From: an uncultured delta proteobacterium
GTDB taxonomy: Bacteria > Desulfobacterota > Binatia > Binatales > Binataceae
NCBI GenBank assembly: GCA_963717045.1
Contig: CAVQVD010000010.1
Span: forward strand, 166,125 to 230,124
Direction of reading: 5' to 3'
DNA length: 64,000 nt
The position numbers were made by a program, and so were the translations under genes. Positions 48,120-57,402 of this stretch are shown one piece after another (position 1 is the stretch's first letter; every line of letters starts with the position of its first letter). Under the pieces are notes generated by a model that saw only the letters and a program-made list of their open reading frames with translations, did no database searches and was not told where the DNA came from.

Positions 48120-48278
48120 GTCTCGCCAACCCCCACTTGCGCAAGATTCTACTGGATTCTAAAGGATCGACGATGCGCGCGGAAGCTGGCCCCGCGCATC
48201 GCGCCGGGAGCCCCGTATCCCCATCCAGGCTTGCCTGATATTAGGTAGCGAGGTGCCTTGGGAAACAAGCGTGCCGAA

Positions 48279-51200
48279 ATGCTCTGTCCAAGCTGTGCGT
48301 ACGACAATCCAGCCGAGGCCAGGTTCTGCGGCAGTTGCGGATCACTCCTGCGCAAACTCTGTCCCAGGTGCGGTAGCGACAATCCTCCCCGCTTCAGGTT
48401 TTGCGGCGCATGCGGTGCGGCGCTGAATGCCGACAGACCCGCCGCACTTTTGCCCGCAAGCACTGCTGCCGACGCGCTGCCCGAGGGCGAGCGCAAGACG
48501 GTCACAGCGCTGTTCGCCGACATCAAAGGGTCGACCGAGCTGATGCGCGATCTTGATCCCGAGGAGGCTCGCGCGATCGTCGACCCGGTGCTGCAGCTTA
48601 TGATGGCGGCGGTGCATCGTTATGGCGGTTACGTCGCGCAATCGACCGGCGACGGCATCTTCGCGTTGTTTGGCGCGCCCATCGCGCACGAGGATCATCC
48701 GCAGCGCGCACTGCACGCGGCGCTGGCGATGCAGGAGGAGTTGCATCGCTACGCCGACCGTTTGCGCGCGGAGGGCAAGATTCCGGTTGAAGCCCGCGTC
48801 GGGGTGAACACGGGCGAAGTGGTGGTGCGGACGATCGAGACCGGAGGTCATACCGAATACACGCCTGTCGGTCATGTGACCAATCTGGCGGCGCGGATGC
48901 AGACCGCAGCGCCCGAGGGTTCGATCGCAGCGAGCGAGGCGACGCAACGACTGTGCGAGGGCTACTTCGAGTTCCGAGCGCTGGGACCGGCAGTCCTCAA
49001 AGGACTCAACACCCCGATTGCAGTGTACGAGGTGGTTCGCGCCGGGCCGCTGCGGACGCACTTCCAGCTCTCGGCGCGGCGCGGGCTTACCAAGTTCGTC
49101 GGGCGCGAGCGTGAAATTGCAGCGATGGCGGGCGCGCTGGAGCAAGCCAGGGCGGGGCACGGGCAGATCGTTGCGGCAGTTGGCGAAGCGGGCGCGGGCA
49201 AGTCGCGCCTGATGTACGAGTTCAAGGCCACTGTCCCGGACGGATGCAAAGTGCTGGAGGCGTACTCGGTCTCGCACGGCAAGGCGTCGGCCTGGCTGCC
49301 GGTGCTCGAATTGCTGCGCGGCTATTTTGGCCTTCAGGACGCGGAAGATTCGGCCACGCGACGCGAGAAAGTCCGTGCCACGCTTGCCGCGCTCGACCCG
49401 GCACTGAATGAAGTGCTGCCGTTCCTATTGAAGCTGCTCGGAATACAGGAAGGCGCCGATCCGTTCGCCGAGATGGACCCGCAGATCCGACGCCGTCGCA
49501 CGCTAGAGGCGGTCAAGCGCGTCGTCATCCGTGAGAGCCTCAAGCAACCGCTGGTGGTGATCTTCGAGGACCTGCACTGGATCGACGCGGAGACCCAGGA
49601 GCTTCTTGACCTGCTCGTGGACAGCGTCGCCGGCGCACGCTTGCTGCTGCTCGTCAACTACCGCCCCGAGTACCGCCATGAATGGTCTGGCAAGAGCCAT
49701 TACCTGCAGCTCAGACTCGACCCCCTGGGCGGCGAAAACGGCGCGGCAATGCTGGCGGCGCTGCTCGGTGGAAGCGTGGAACTCGAAGCACTCAAGCGAC
49801 TGATCATCGAGCGCACCGAGCGGCAATCCGTTCTTCATCGAGGAGATGGTGCAGGCGCTGTTCGACGAGGGCGCGTTGGTACGCAATGGCGCAGTGAAGG
49901 TTGCACGCTCGCTCTCGCAACTGCGTCTTCCACCGACCGTGCAGGGCATACTGGCCTCCCGTATCGACCGGCTTTCGGTGGAGCAGAAGGAACTGCTCCA
50001 GACCCTCGCGGTGATCGGCCGGGAGTCGCCGCTTGGCCTGATCAGGAAAGTGGCCTACAAGGCGGAGCCGCAACTGGAGCGGATGCTTGCGGATTTGCGG
50101 GCGGTCGAGTTCATCTACGAGCAGCCGGCGCTCACCGATGCTGAGTTCATTTTCAAGCATGCGCTCACGCAGGAGGTCGCCTACAACTCGCTGCTGATCG
50201 GACGCCGCGAACTCCTGCACGAGCGCGCCGGACAGGCCCTGGAGTCGATGTTCGCCGAGCAGTTGGACGACCATCTGAGCCAATTGGCGCATCATTACAG
50301 CCGCAGCGATAACGTCAGCAAGGCGGTCGAGTATCTCGGGCGCGCAGGGCAGCAAGCGCTGCAGCGCTCTGCGCATGCTGATGCGATCAGTAGTCTCAGC
50401 TGCGGCGATAGATCTGCTCCAGAGGCTGCCGGACAGCCCCGACCGCATTCAACGAGAATTGCGCCTCCAGCTGGCCCTTGGTCCAGCGTTAATCGCCGTT
50501 AAAGGCTGGGCCGCGCCGGAAGTGGAGCGAGCTTACACTCGCACGCGGGAGCTTTGTGAGCGGCTGGGTGACCCTCCGGAGCTTTTTCCCGCCTTGCTTG
50601 GACTGTGGGCCGTGTATTACTTGCGAGGCGAATTACGGAAGGCCTATGAGCTTGCCGAACTGCTTCTGCGCCGGGTGCAGAGCGCGCACGATCCAGCGCT
50701 ATTGCTGTTAGCTCACCTCGCCCTGGGAGACACTTCGTTCTCGATGGGAGAATTGCTTCTCGCCAGGGAGCATCTCGAAATGGCGATCTCCCTCTATGAT
50801 CGCGAGCGGCCGATGGCGATCGGCCATGATACCGGGGTGAGTTGCCTGTCGTACATGGCCTTGACTCTGTGGACCCTCGGCTACCCGGACCAGGCTCTCA
50901 AGAAGGGCGATGAAGCGGTCGCGTTAGCTCAAGCGCTATCCCATCCCCTTAGTCTGGCTTTTGCGGAGGGTGTTGTCGGCTATCTCCGTCAATATCGGCG
51001 GGAAGCACGCGCAGCTCAAGAGACTGCGGAGCGTCTGATTGCGCTCTCTGCTGAGCACGGGTTTCCCCACTGGATGGCTCAAGCGAACATCACGCGCGGC
51101 TGGGCAATGGCAGAACAGGGACACAACGAAGAGGGGATTGCGCAGATACAGGAAGGTCTAGCCGCGTTTCGCGCGATAGGGAATGGAGCGTTGCTGCCGC

Positions 51201-51617
51201 ATGCTCTTTGCCTTGCTGGCCGAGGCGTGCAGGAAGGCGGGTCGCCTCGACGACGGGTTAAGTGCTTTGACAGAAGCGCTGTCCGCCGCAAATGAACATG
51301 AAATCCGTCACTACGAGGCTGAGATGCATCGGCTCAGAGGCGAGTTGCTGCTAAAGCGGAATAATTCCAATATCGCGCAAGCGCAGCGCTGCTTTGAGCG
51401 CGCGATTGAGATTGCGCGCAAGCAGAGCGCCAAATCATTTGAGCTGCGCGCCACGATGAGCCTCGCCCGCTTGCTCGCAAAACGGGGCCGGCGCGAAGAG
51501 GCGCGCGCGATGCTCGCCGAAATCTACGGCTGGTTCACCGAGGGCTTCGACACCGCTGATCTCAAGGAAGCCAAAGCCTTGCTCGATGAACTGAGCGTCA
51601 ACGGCGGAGAACGCTAG
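48279..51617 (+). pseudogene. Double zinc-ribbon + class III adenylate/guanylate cyclase + AAA_16/STAND ATPase + TPR-like protein, three frame breaks
   Basis: MLCPSCAYDN..CPRCGSDN zinc ribbons. Cyclase motifs ERKTVTALFADIKGST and GDGIFALFG. Walker A GEAGAGKSRL and Walker B VVIFEDLHWID. Continuity runs across four ORFs (48258, 49846, 50375, 51183), with junctions at about 49821, 50401 and 51200. Confidence 0.8.
51498..51556. repeat. 59-nt segment identical to 54350..54408 (3' ends of the two STAND genes)
   Basis: Read directly: GAGGCGCGCGCGATGCTCGCCGAAATCTACGGCTGGTTCACCGAGGGCTTCGACACCGC occurs at both positions. Confidence 0.85.
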
Positions 51618-51623
51618 ACCACG

Positions 51624-54454
51624 ATGTGGCGGTTATGGCCACTCTTTAAGCGACTGTGGACGGCGGTCGGTGCGGTCACGGCAGGCCTGGCGGTCAAAGA
51701 TCTCTTCGCCGTGTGGACCAAACAATCGGTCCCGGATGTGGAACGCTTCTCGCGCTTCCCGTTGGGTCATTGGTATTGGGCCGGTGGCGGGCTGACGTTG
51801 TTCGCAATCATCTCGGTGGTCGCCGCGCGCGCCCATCGGCGGCACAAAGCGCCGCGCTTTATCGGCGTTGCGCCGGGCCGCCGCGCGCGCAAAGAGGCGA
51901 AAGTGCCGCCCCTCGCGGCGCCCGTAGCGGCTACCCCGCTGATGGTCGGCCGCGACGGCGAGCTGGCGCAACTGCACGAGTGGTTCGCGAGCGTGCGCCA
52001 ACGCGAGCGGCGGGTGGTGTTCATCGCGGGCGAGACGGGCATCGGCAAGAGCACCTTTGTGCGAGCCTTCCTCGATTCGGTGGAGAAAGAGCGGAGCAGC
52101 GCGGATCGCGCGCGGCCAGTGCGTCGAGCAGTACGGCGCGGGCGAGCCTTATATGCCGATGCTGGAGGCGCTGACGCAACTCGGCCGCGGCGCGGAGGGT
52201 CCACGTCTGCTGGCACTGCTGCATCGGCTGGCGCCGGCCTGGCTGGCGCAATTGCCCGCGCTGCTGACGGTGGAGGAGCGCGCTCGCATCCAAGGCGAGA
52301 CGCATGGGCTGACCCAGCAGCGGATGCTGCGCGAGATGGCTGAGGCACTCGCCGCGCTGACGGCCGAAAGGCCGCTAGTGCTGCTGCTCGAAGACCTGCA
52401 TTGGAGCGACGCCTCGACACTCGACTTGATTGCGGCCATTGCGCGGCGGACGGAACCGGCCCAGCTACTGGTAATCGGCACGTACCGGCCGGTCGAGGTG
52501 CTGGCCGGCGACCATCGGCTGCGCGCACTCAAGCAGGAGCTCGAGCTGCACGGTCATTGCCACGAACTGCGGCTCAAGCTGCTCAGCGAGGCCGAAGTGG
52601 CCGTCTATCTCGGTCTGCGCTTTGCCAATGATAGTTCTCAACACGGCCGCCTCGCTCCGGCGATCTACCGGCGCACCGACGGCAATGCGCTGTTTATGGT
52701 CAACGTGGTGGATTACCTCGTCGCGCAGGGGCCGCTGCTTGATACGAGCAAGATCGAAGCCCCGCGCAACATCCGCCAAATGATCGAGCGCAACCTCGAC
52801 CGGCTGGATGCCGAGGAGCAGGCGGTGCTGCAGGGCGCGAGTGTCGTCGGTGCAGAATTCGCCGTTGCCGCCGTCGCCGCGGCCCTGGAGCGGCCGGTGA
52901 GCGAGATCGAGGCCTGCTGCACGCGGCTCTCGCGCCACGAGCAGTTTGTCGCCGCCAGCGGTATGAGCGAGTGGCCCGACGGCACGGTCGCGTCAAACGT
53001 TCGCTTTCTTCACGCGCTCTACCGCGAGGTTTTGTACGACCGCATCCCGCCCGGACATCGGATCGAATTGCACCGGCGGATTGCCGCGCGCGAAGAGACT
53101 GCCTATGGCGAACGGGCAAGTGAGATCGCCGCTGAACTCGCGGATCACTACAGCCGAGCTAACGATAAAAGCAAAGCGGTCAAATATTTTCAGCTCGCCG
53201 GAGAGCAGGCGGTTGCCAAGGGCGCCGACAACGCCGCAATCGAGCAGCTCGGGGCTGCATTAGAGCTCACATCGAAGTTACCGGACGATCACGCCAGGCG
53301 ACTCCAGGAAATGCGACTCCGAATTTTGATTGGGCCCAGTCTGATGGCGGTCAAGGGTCTGGGTTCCTCAGAGACAGCCGCGAACTACACGCGCGCGCTC
53401 GAGCTCTGCCGGCTAGCGGGGGATACTTCGGCGCTCTTCGAGGCACTATCGGGACTATGGACCTTCCACTTGGTGCGCGCGGAACATCGCGAGGCCGATG
53501 CGTTGGTACAGCAGCTTCTCGCATCAGCGCGTGAATCCAAGGACGATTCCCATCTTGCCTTTGCGAATTTCGCCGCGGGTACCACTGCATTCTGGTGTGG
53601 GCAACTCGAAACCGCCGCCGAACGTTTGGCTCGGTCGATCGCCGCATGCAAGCCAGGGCAACGTCTATATCAAGTCTTCGTTGACGATCCAGCGGTGTAC
53701 TCAAGAGCTTACGCGGCTTGGACTCAGCACTACCGAGGCTATCCGGATGAGGCACTGGCGACTGTCAGGGACTGCATGCAGGTGGCGCGTATGCAGTCTC
53801 ATCCGCGGACGCTGGCCAGGGCCACTCAATTCGCGGGACACTTACACCTCTTCCGGCGAGAGCCCGATGCGGTCGTCGAACACTGTCGGAGGTTAAAGTC
53901 GTTGGCCGGCGAGCATGGGTTACCCTATTACCTGGTGCTTGCAGAGATATTGGCGGGTTGCGCTGCGGTCCAGTATGGAGAGGGAACACCGGGAGTCGAG
54001 GCCATCAAACGCGGAATCGATGTATGGCAAAGTCTCGGTTCAGGGCTTGCGGTCCCGTGGTTCCTTGGCGAACTCGCGGAAGGGTTGAGATCGATTGGGC
54101 GTTGCGACGAGGCGTTGGATGTCGTGAGTGATGCCCTCCACCAGACCGAAAAATCCGGCGAGCGCCAGTTCGCTGCGGAGCTTCATCGAATTGCAGGCAC
54201 GGCCCTGATGACTCAAGGCAAGTCTGTCGAAGCGGAAAGCTCTTTCCGGCGCGCGATAGAGATCGCTCGAACGCAAACCGCAAGGATGTGGGAGTTGCGC
54301 GCCACGACGAGTCTCGCCCGGCTGCTAGACGAAGCGAGGCAAACGCGCCGAGGCGCGCGCGATGCTCGCCGAAATCTACGGCTGGTTCACCGAGGGCTTC
54401 GACACCGCCGATCTGAAAGACGCCAAGGCGCTGCTCGATGAACTCGGCGCCTGA
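51624..54454 (+). pseudogene. Two-TM N-terminal module + AAA_16/STAND ATPase + TPR-like protein, two frame breaks
   Basis: Starts 6 nt after the previous stop. Two hydrophobic helices, then Walker A GETGIGKST and Walker B VLLLEDLHWSD. Frames join at about 52090-52104 and at about 54329-54331. The corrected C-terminus ..[40 protein letters not shown] ends at 54454. Confidence 0.7.
54350..54408. repeat. Second copy of the 59-nt identical segment (see 51498..51556)
   Basis: Direct comparison of the two gene 3' ends. Confidence 0.85.
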
Positions 54455-54487
54455 GTGACTAGGAGGGAAACGCCCCCCACTGGGGGG

Positions 54488-55669
54488 TCAGCGGCGATTT
54501 TCGCGCGCGAGGGCCAGTACGTTCTCGATCACATAAGCGACGTCCTCGTCGCTCATCGCGGGATAGATCGGCAACGACAGGCATCGGCTGTACACGTCCT
54601 CGGCGACTGGAAAATCACCGGTGCGATAGCCGTAGCGCTCCTGGTAAAAATGCATCGTGTGGAGCGGGATGCAGTGTACCGAGGTGCCGACGCCGCGCTC
54701 GCGCAGGAGCTCGACGAATTGCGCACGGTCCACTCGGAGCTGCTCGGGACGTATCCGCAGGACGTAGAGGTGCCAGGCGTGTTCTATTCCCGGCTCCTCA
54801 TACGGCACCTGCAGCGCGGGTTCCGCGCGAAGCGCCTCGCTGTAGGCCCGAGCGATCGCGATGCGGCGGCGCATGAATTCATCGGCGCGCGCGAGCTGCG
54901 CGACCCCGATCGCGGCGTGCACGTCGGAGAGGTTGTACTTGAAGCCGGTGTCGTGAATCTCGTAAAACCACGAGCCGCTGCGGTCGTAGCGCTTCCAGGC
55001 GTCGCGATTCATCCCGTGCAGGCTCGCGACCGCGATGCGCTCGGCCAGCGTGTCATCTTCGGTCGTCACCATCCCGCCCTCGGCGCTGGTGATGTTCTTG
55101 GTCGCGTAAAAACTGAAGCAGGATAGGTCGCCGATGGTTCCGATCCGCGTCATCCCGCGGCCTTCAAGATGGCGCGCTGAGCCGACCGCATGCGCTGCGT
55201 CCTCGACGATCTTCAGTTTGTGGCCGCGCCCGATTGCGAGCAGACGGTCCATGTCGCAGGCGTGACCGGCGAAGTGCACCGGCAAAATCGCGCGCACACG
55301 GCGATGCTGGCCGCTTGCGAGCGCTTCCTCGACCCGCGCCGGGTCTAGGTTGAGCGTGTCGGGATCGATATCGACGAACACCGGCTTCGCTCCGAGATAG
55401 CCGATCACCTCGGCCGTCGCCGTGAACGTGAACGGCGTGGTTATAACTTCGTCGCCCGGCCCGACGCCCAACGCGAACAGCGCCAGATGCAGCCCGCCCG
55501 TGCAATGCGCAACCGCCAGTGCGTGGCGCGCGCCGACATAGGCCGCGAATTCTTTCTCGAAGCGCTTGGCCTTGGGCCCGGTGGTGATCCATCCAGAGCG
55601 CAGGCTGTCGAGCACCTCGCGCTCCTCGGCGGGACCGATCGAGGGGCGATGAAAAGGAATTTGTCGCAC
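54488..55669 (-). CDS. DegT/DnrJ/EryC1/StrS-family sugar aminotransferase
   Basis: ..SLRSGWITTGPK.., and the PLP-Lys region ..FSFYATKNITSAEGGMV... 393 aa. Confidence 0.9.
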   Translation of the reverse strand: MRQIPFHRPSIGPAEEREVLDSLRSGWITTGPKAKRFEKEFAAYVGARHALAVAHCTGGLHLALFALGVGPGDEVITTPFTFTATAEVIGYLGAKPVFVDIDPDTLNLDPARVEEALASGQHRRVRAILPVHFAGHACDMDRLLAIGRGHKLKIVEDAAHAVGSARHLEGRGMTRIGTIGDLSCFSFYATKNITSAEGGMVTTEDDTLAERIAVASLHGMNRDAWKRYDRSGSWFYEIHDTGFKYNLSDVHAAIGVAQLARADEFMRRRIAIARAYSEALRAEPALQVPYEEPGIEHAWHLYVLRIRPEQLRVDRAQFVELLRERGVGTSVHCIPLHTMHFYQERYGYRTGDFPVAEDVYSRCLSLPIYPAMSDEDVAYVIENVLALARENRR

Positions 55670-55675
55670 CGCGTG

Positions 55676-57331
55676 CTACTCGACCGGCATTGCCCCGGCC
55701 GGCAGACGGCGCCATTGAGTGGTGTCGCCGCCGCTATCGGGCTCGGCGGTGCTCGGAGCATTGTCGCCGTCGCTGTCGTCCACTTGCCCGGCGGCGCCTG
55801 AGGTAGCGCCGGGGGCCCCGGTGACGCTGGTGGGGATGCCGCCGCTCTCATCATTGGTGCCGTGGGCACTCATATCTTCCTCGCCGTCCTCGGTTGTTGC
55901 GCTATCCACGGGTGCGGGCCTGATAGCGTTGTCCGTAGGCGGCGGCGGAATCGCGTCGGGCGCTACTGCCGCAGGCGGCATCGCCGCGGGCGCAATTGTG
56001 GCAGGTGGCATCACTGCGGCGGGAATCGCTGCGGGCGCGTTTGCCGCCGCAGGTTTGCCCATTGCGGTGTCGGCGTCGCTATCGCCCTCAGTGTCGGTAT
56101 CCTTGCCGGAACTGCCGGTACTGGAATCGGCGTCGGGAGCGGATGCCGCGGTGCCGGGCGGCGGCAGAGGCATCGAACTCGCAGTTTCCGTAGTCGGCGG
56201 CATCGCGCTCGGCGGCTCCGGCCCCGGCATCACATAGGTCGGCACGCCGGTCTTCTCCTCGACCGCTTTCTCAAGCTTGATCATCTCAATATTGGGGAGC
56301 AGACCCTGGCTATTCGCCAACTGTAGAGCGTAACGCCATAACCCCGGGTACACCCCGTAGAGATCCTCGTGAACCTCGACGTAGAGCAAGCCGCCGCGCC
56401 ATCCGTACTTGATCGGCTGGTACACGAAGCGTCCCGGCGTGCCGACGGACGTGTGGTTATAGAGGCGCTCGATATCTTCAGGATACAGCCGCACGCATCC
56501 GTGGCTGACTTCCATCCCAACACCCCACGGGACGTTAGTCCCATGCAGCGCATACATCGGCAGGGTCAGCGCTAGCCGATAATGGCCGAGCGGATTGTCG
56601 GGATCGCCGCCATCGACTACGTGCTCGGCCTCGCCGTCGCGTTCGAGATGCTCCTGGTAAATGTCATCCGGGACCACCCAGGTCGGATTGTGAGTTTTAT
56701 CGCGGATGGTCCAGGTGCCGGTCGGCGTGCGCCAGTCGTAGCGGCCGAGCCCGACCGGAAAAGTGTAAAGGACCGTGGGATGCGCGCCGACGATCGAGTG
56801 CGACTTTTTCGTCCGGAGCCCTTTCGGATGGCGAGGCTCGGCATACGCGGTGTGCGTGAATTTGGCCTTGCGAATTCGCCGCCGGCCGCCAATCGGCGTG
56901 GGATAGTAGTAGTACAGGCGCATCTCCGGAATGTTCATCACGATCCCGGCGCGAGGCGCGGCAGGCAGTATATGTTCGGTGGGAATAATGATGAGCTTGC
57001 CGGCCGGCGGCGACCACCAATCCATGTGATTGTTGGCGTTGGAAACCTCGGTCGGGCTGAGACCATACCATCGCGCGACGTCGAGCAGCGTGTCGCCCTT
57101 GCGAATGGTGTAGGTTTGCAGCGAACCGACCAGATCGTCGCGTCCGGTTGGAATCGGATAGCCGACCAGCGCCCGGGTCTCGAAATCGTTCTCGGTCCAG
57201 CTGTGGGCGAGTCGGGGCGCCGCGAATAGCGCGATCGACGCCACCACCACTGCCGCCGCACATCCGATCCCAACGCGTGAGGAAAACCGCGATCGCTCGC
57301 GCGATATCTCGCGCCGTACCATGTGATGCAT
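55676..57331 (-). CDS. LysM-domain L,D-transpeptidase (YkuD) with a long disordered C-terminal tail
   Basis: Start at ATG 57331 or 57322 (the ORF track start 57478 would overlap uvrD). TM/signal anchor, LysM (YTIRKGDTLLDVARWYGLS) and catalytic ..HGTNVPWGVGMEVSHGCVRL. Confidence 0.8.
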   Translation of the reverse strand: MHHMVRREISRERSRFSSRVGIGCAAAVVVASIALFAAPRLAHSWTENDFETRALVGYPIPTGRDDLVGSLQTYTIRKGDTLLDVARWYGLSPTEVSNANNHMDWWSPPAGKLIIIPTEHILPAAPRAGIVMNIPEMRLYYYYPTPIGGRRRIRKAKFTHTAYAEPRHPKGLRTKKSHSIVGAHPTVLYTFPVGLGRYDWRTPTGTWTIRDKTHNPTWVVPDDIYQEHLERDGEAEHVVDGGDPDNPLGHYRLALTLPMYALHGTNVPWGVGMEVSHGCVRLYPEDIERLYNHTSVGTPGRFVYQPIKYGWRGGLLYVEVHEDLYGVYPGLWRYALQLANSQGLLPNIEMIKLEKAVEEKTGVPTYVMPGPEPPSAMPPTTETASSMPLPPPGTAASAPDADSSTGSSGKDTDTEGDSDADTAMGKPAAANAPAAIPAAVMPPATIAPAAMPPAAVAPDAIPPPPTDNAIRPAPVDSATTEDGEEDMSAHGTNDESGGIPTSVTGAPGATSGAAGQVDDSDGDNAPSTAEPDSGGDTTQWRRLPAGAMPVE

Positions 57332-57402
57332 AGCTACGCCGCGGCGCCGATGGCGCGCGCCGCCCCCCTTATTACTAAGTAAAAATGATAGGGCAACGTC
57401 GA

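Noticed and set aside
48342-52528. Minus-strand ORFs 48342..49277, 49804..50448, 51767..52528 and many short ORFs in the STAND region
   Set aside because: They are antisense to, or out of frame with, the cyclase/STAND genes, whose motifs (cyclase, Walker A/B) define the real frames.
54455-55126. 223-aa plus-strand ORF
   Set aside because: It is antisense to the DegT-family aminotransferase, which has clear PLP-enzyme motifs.
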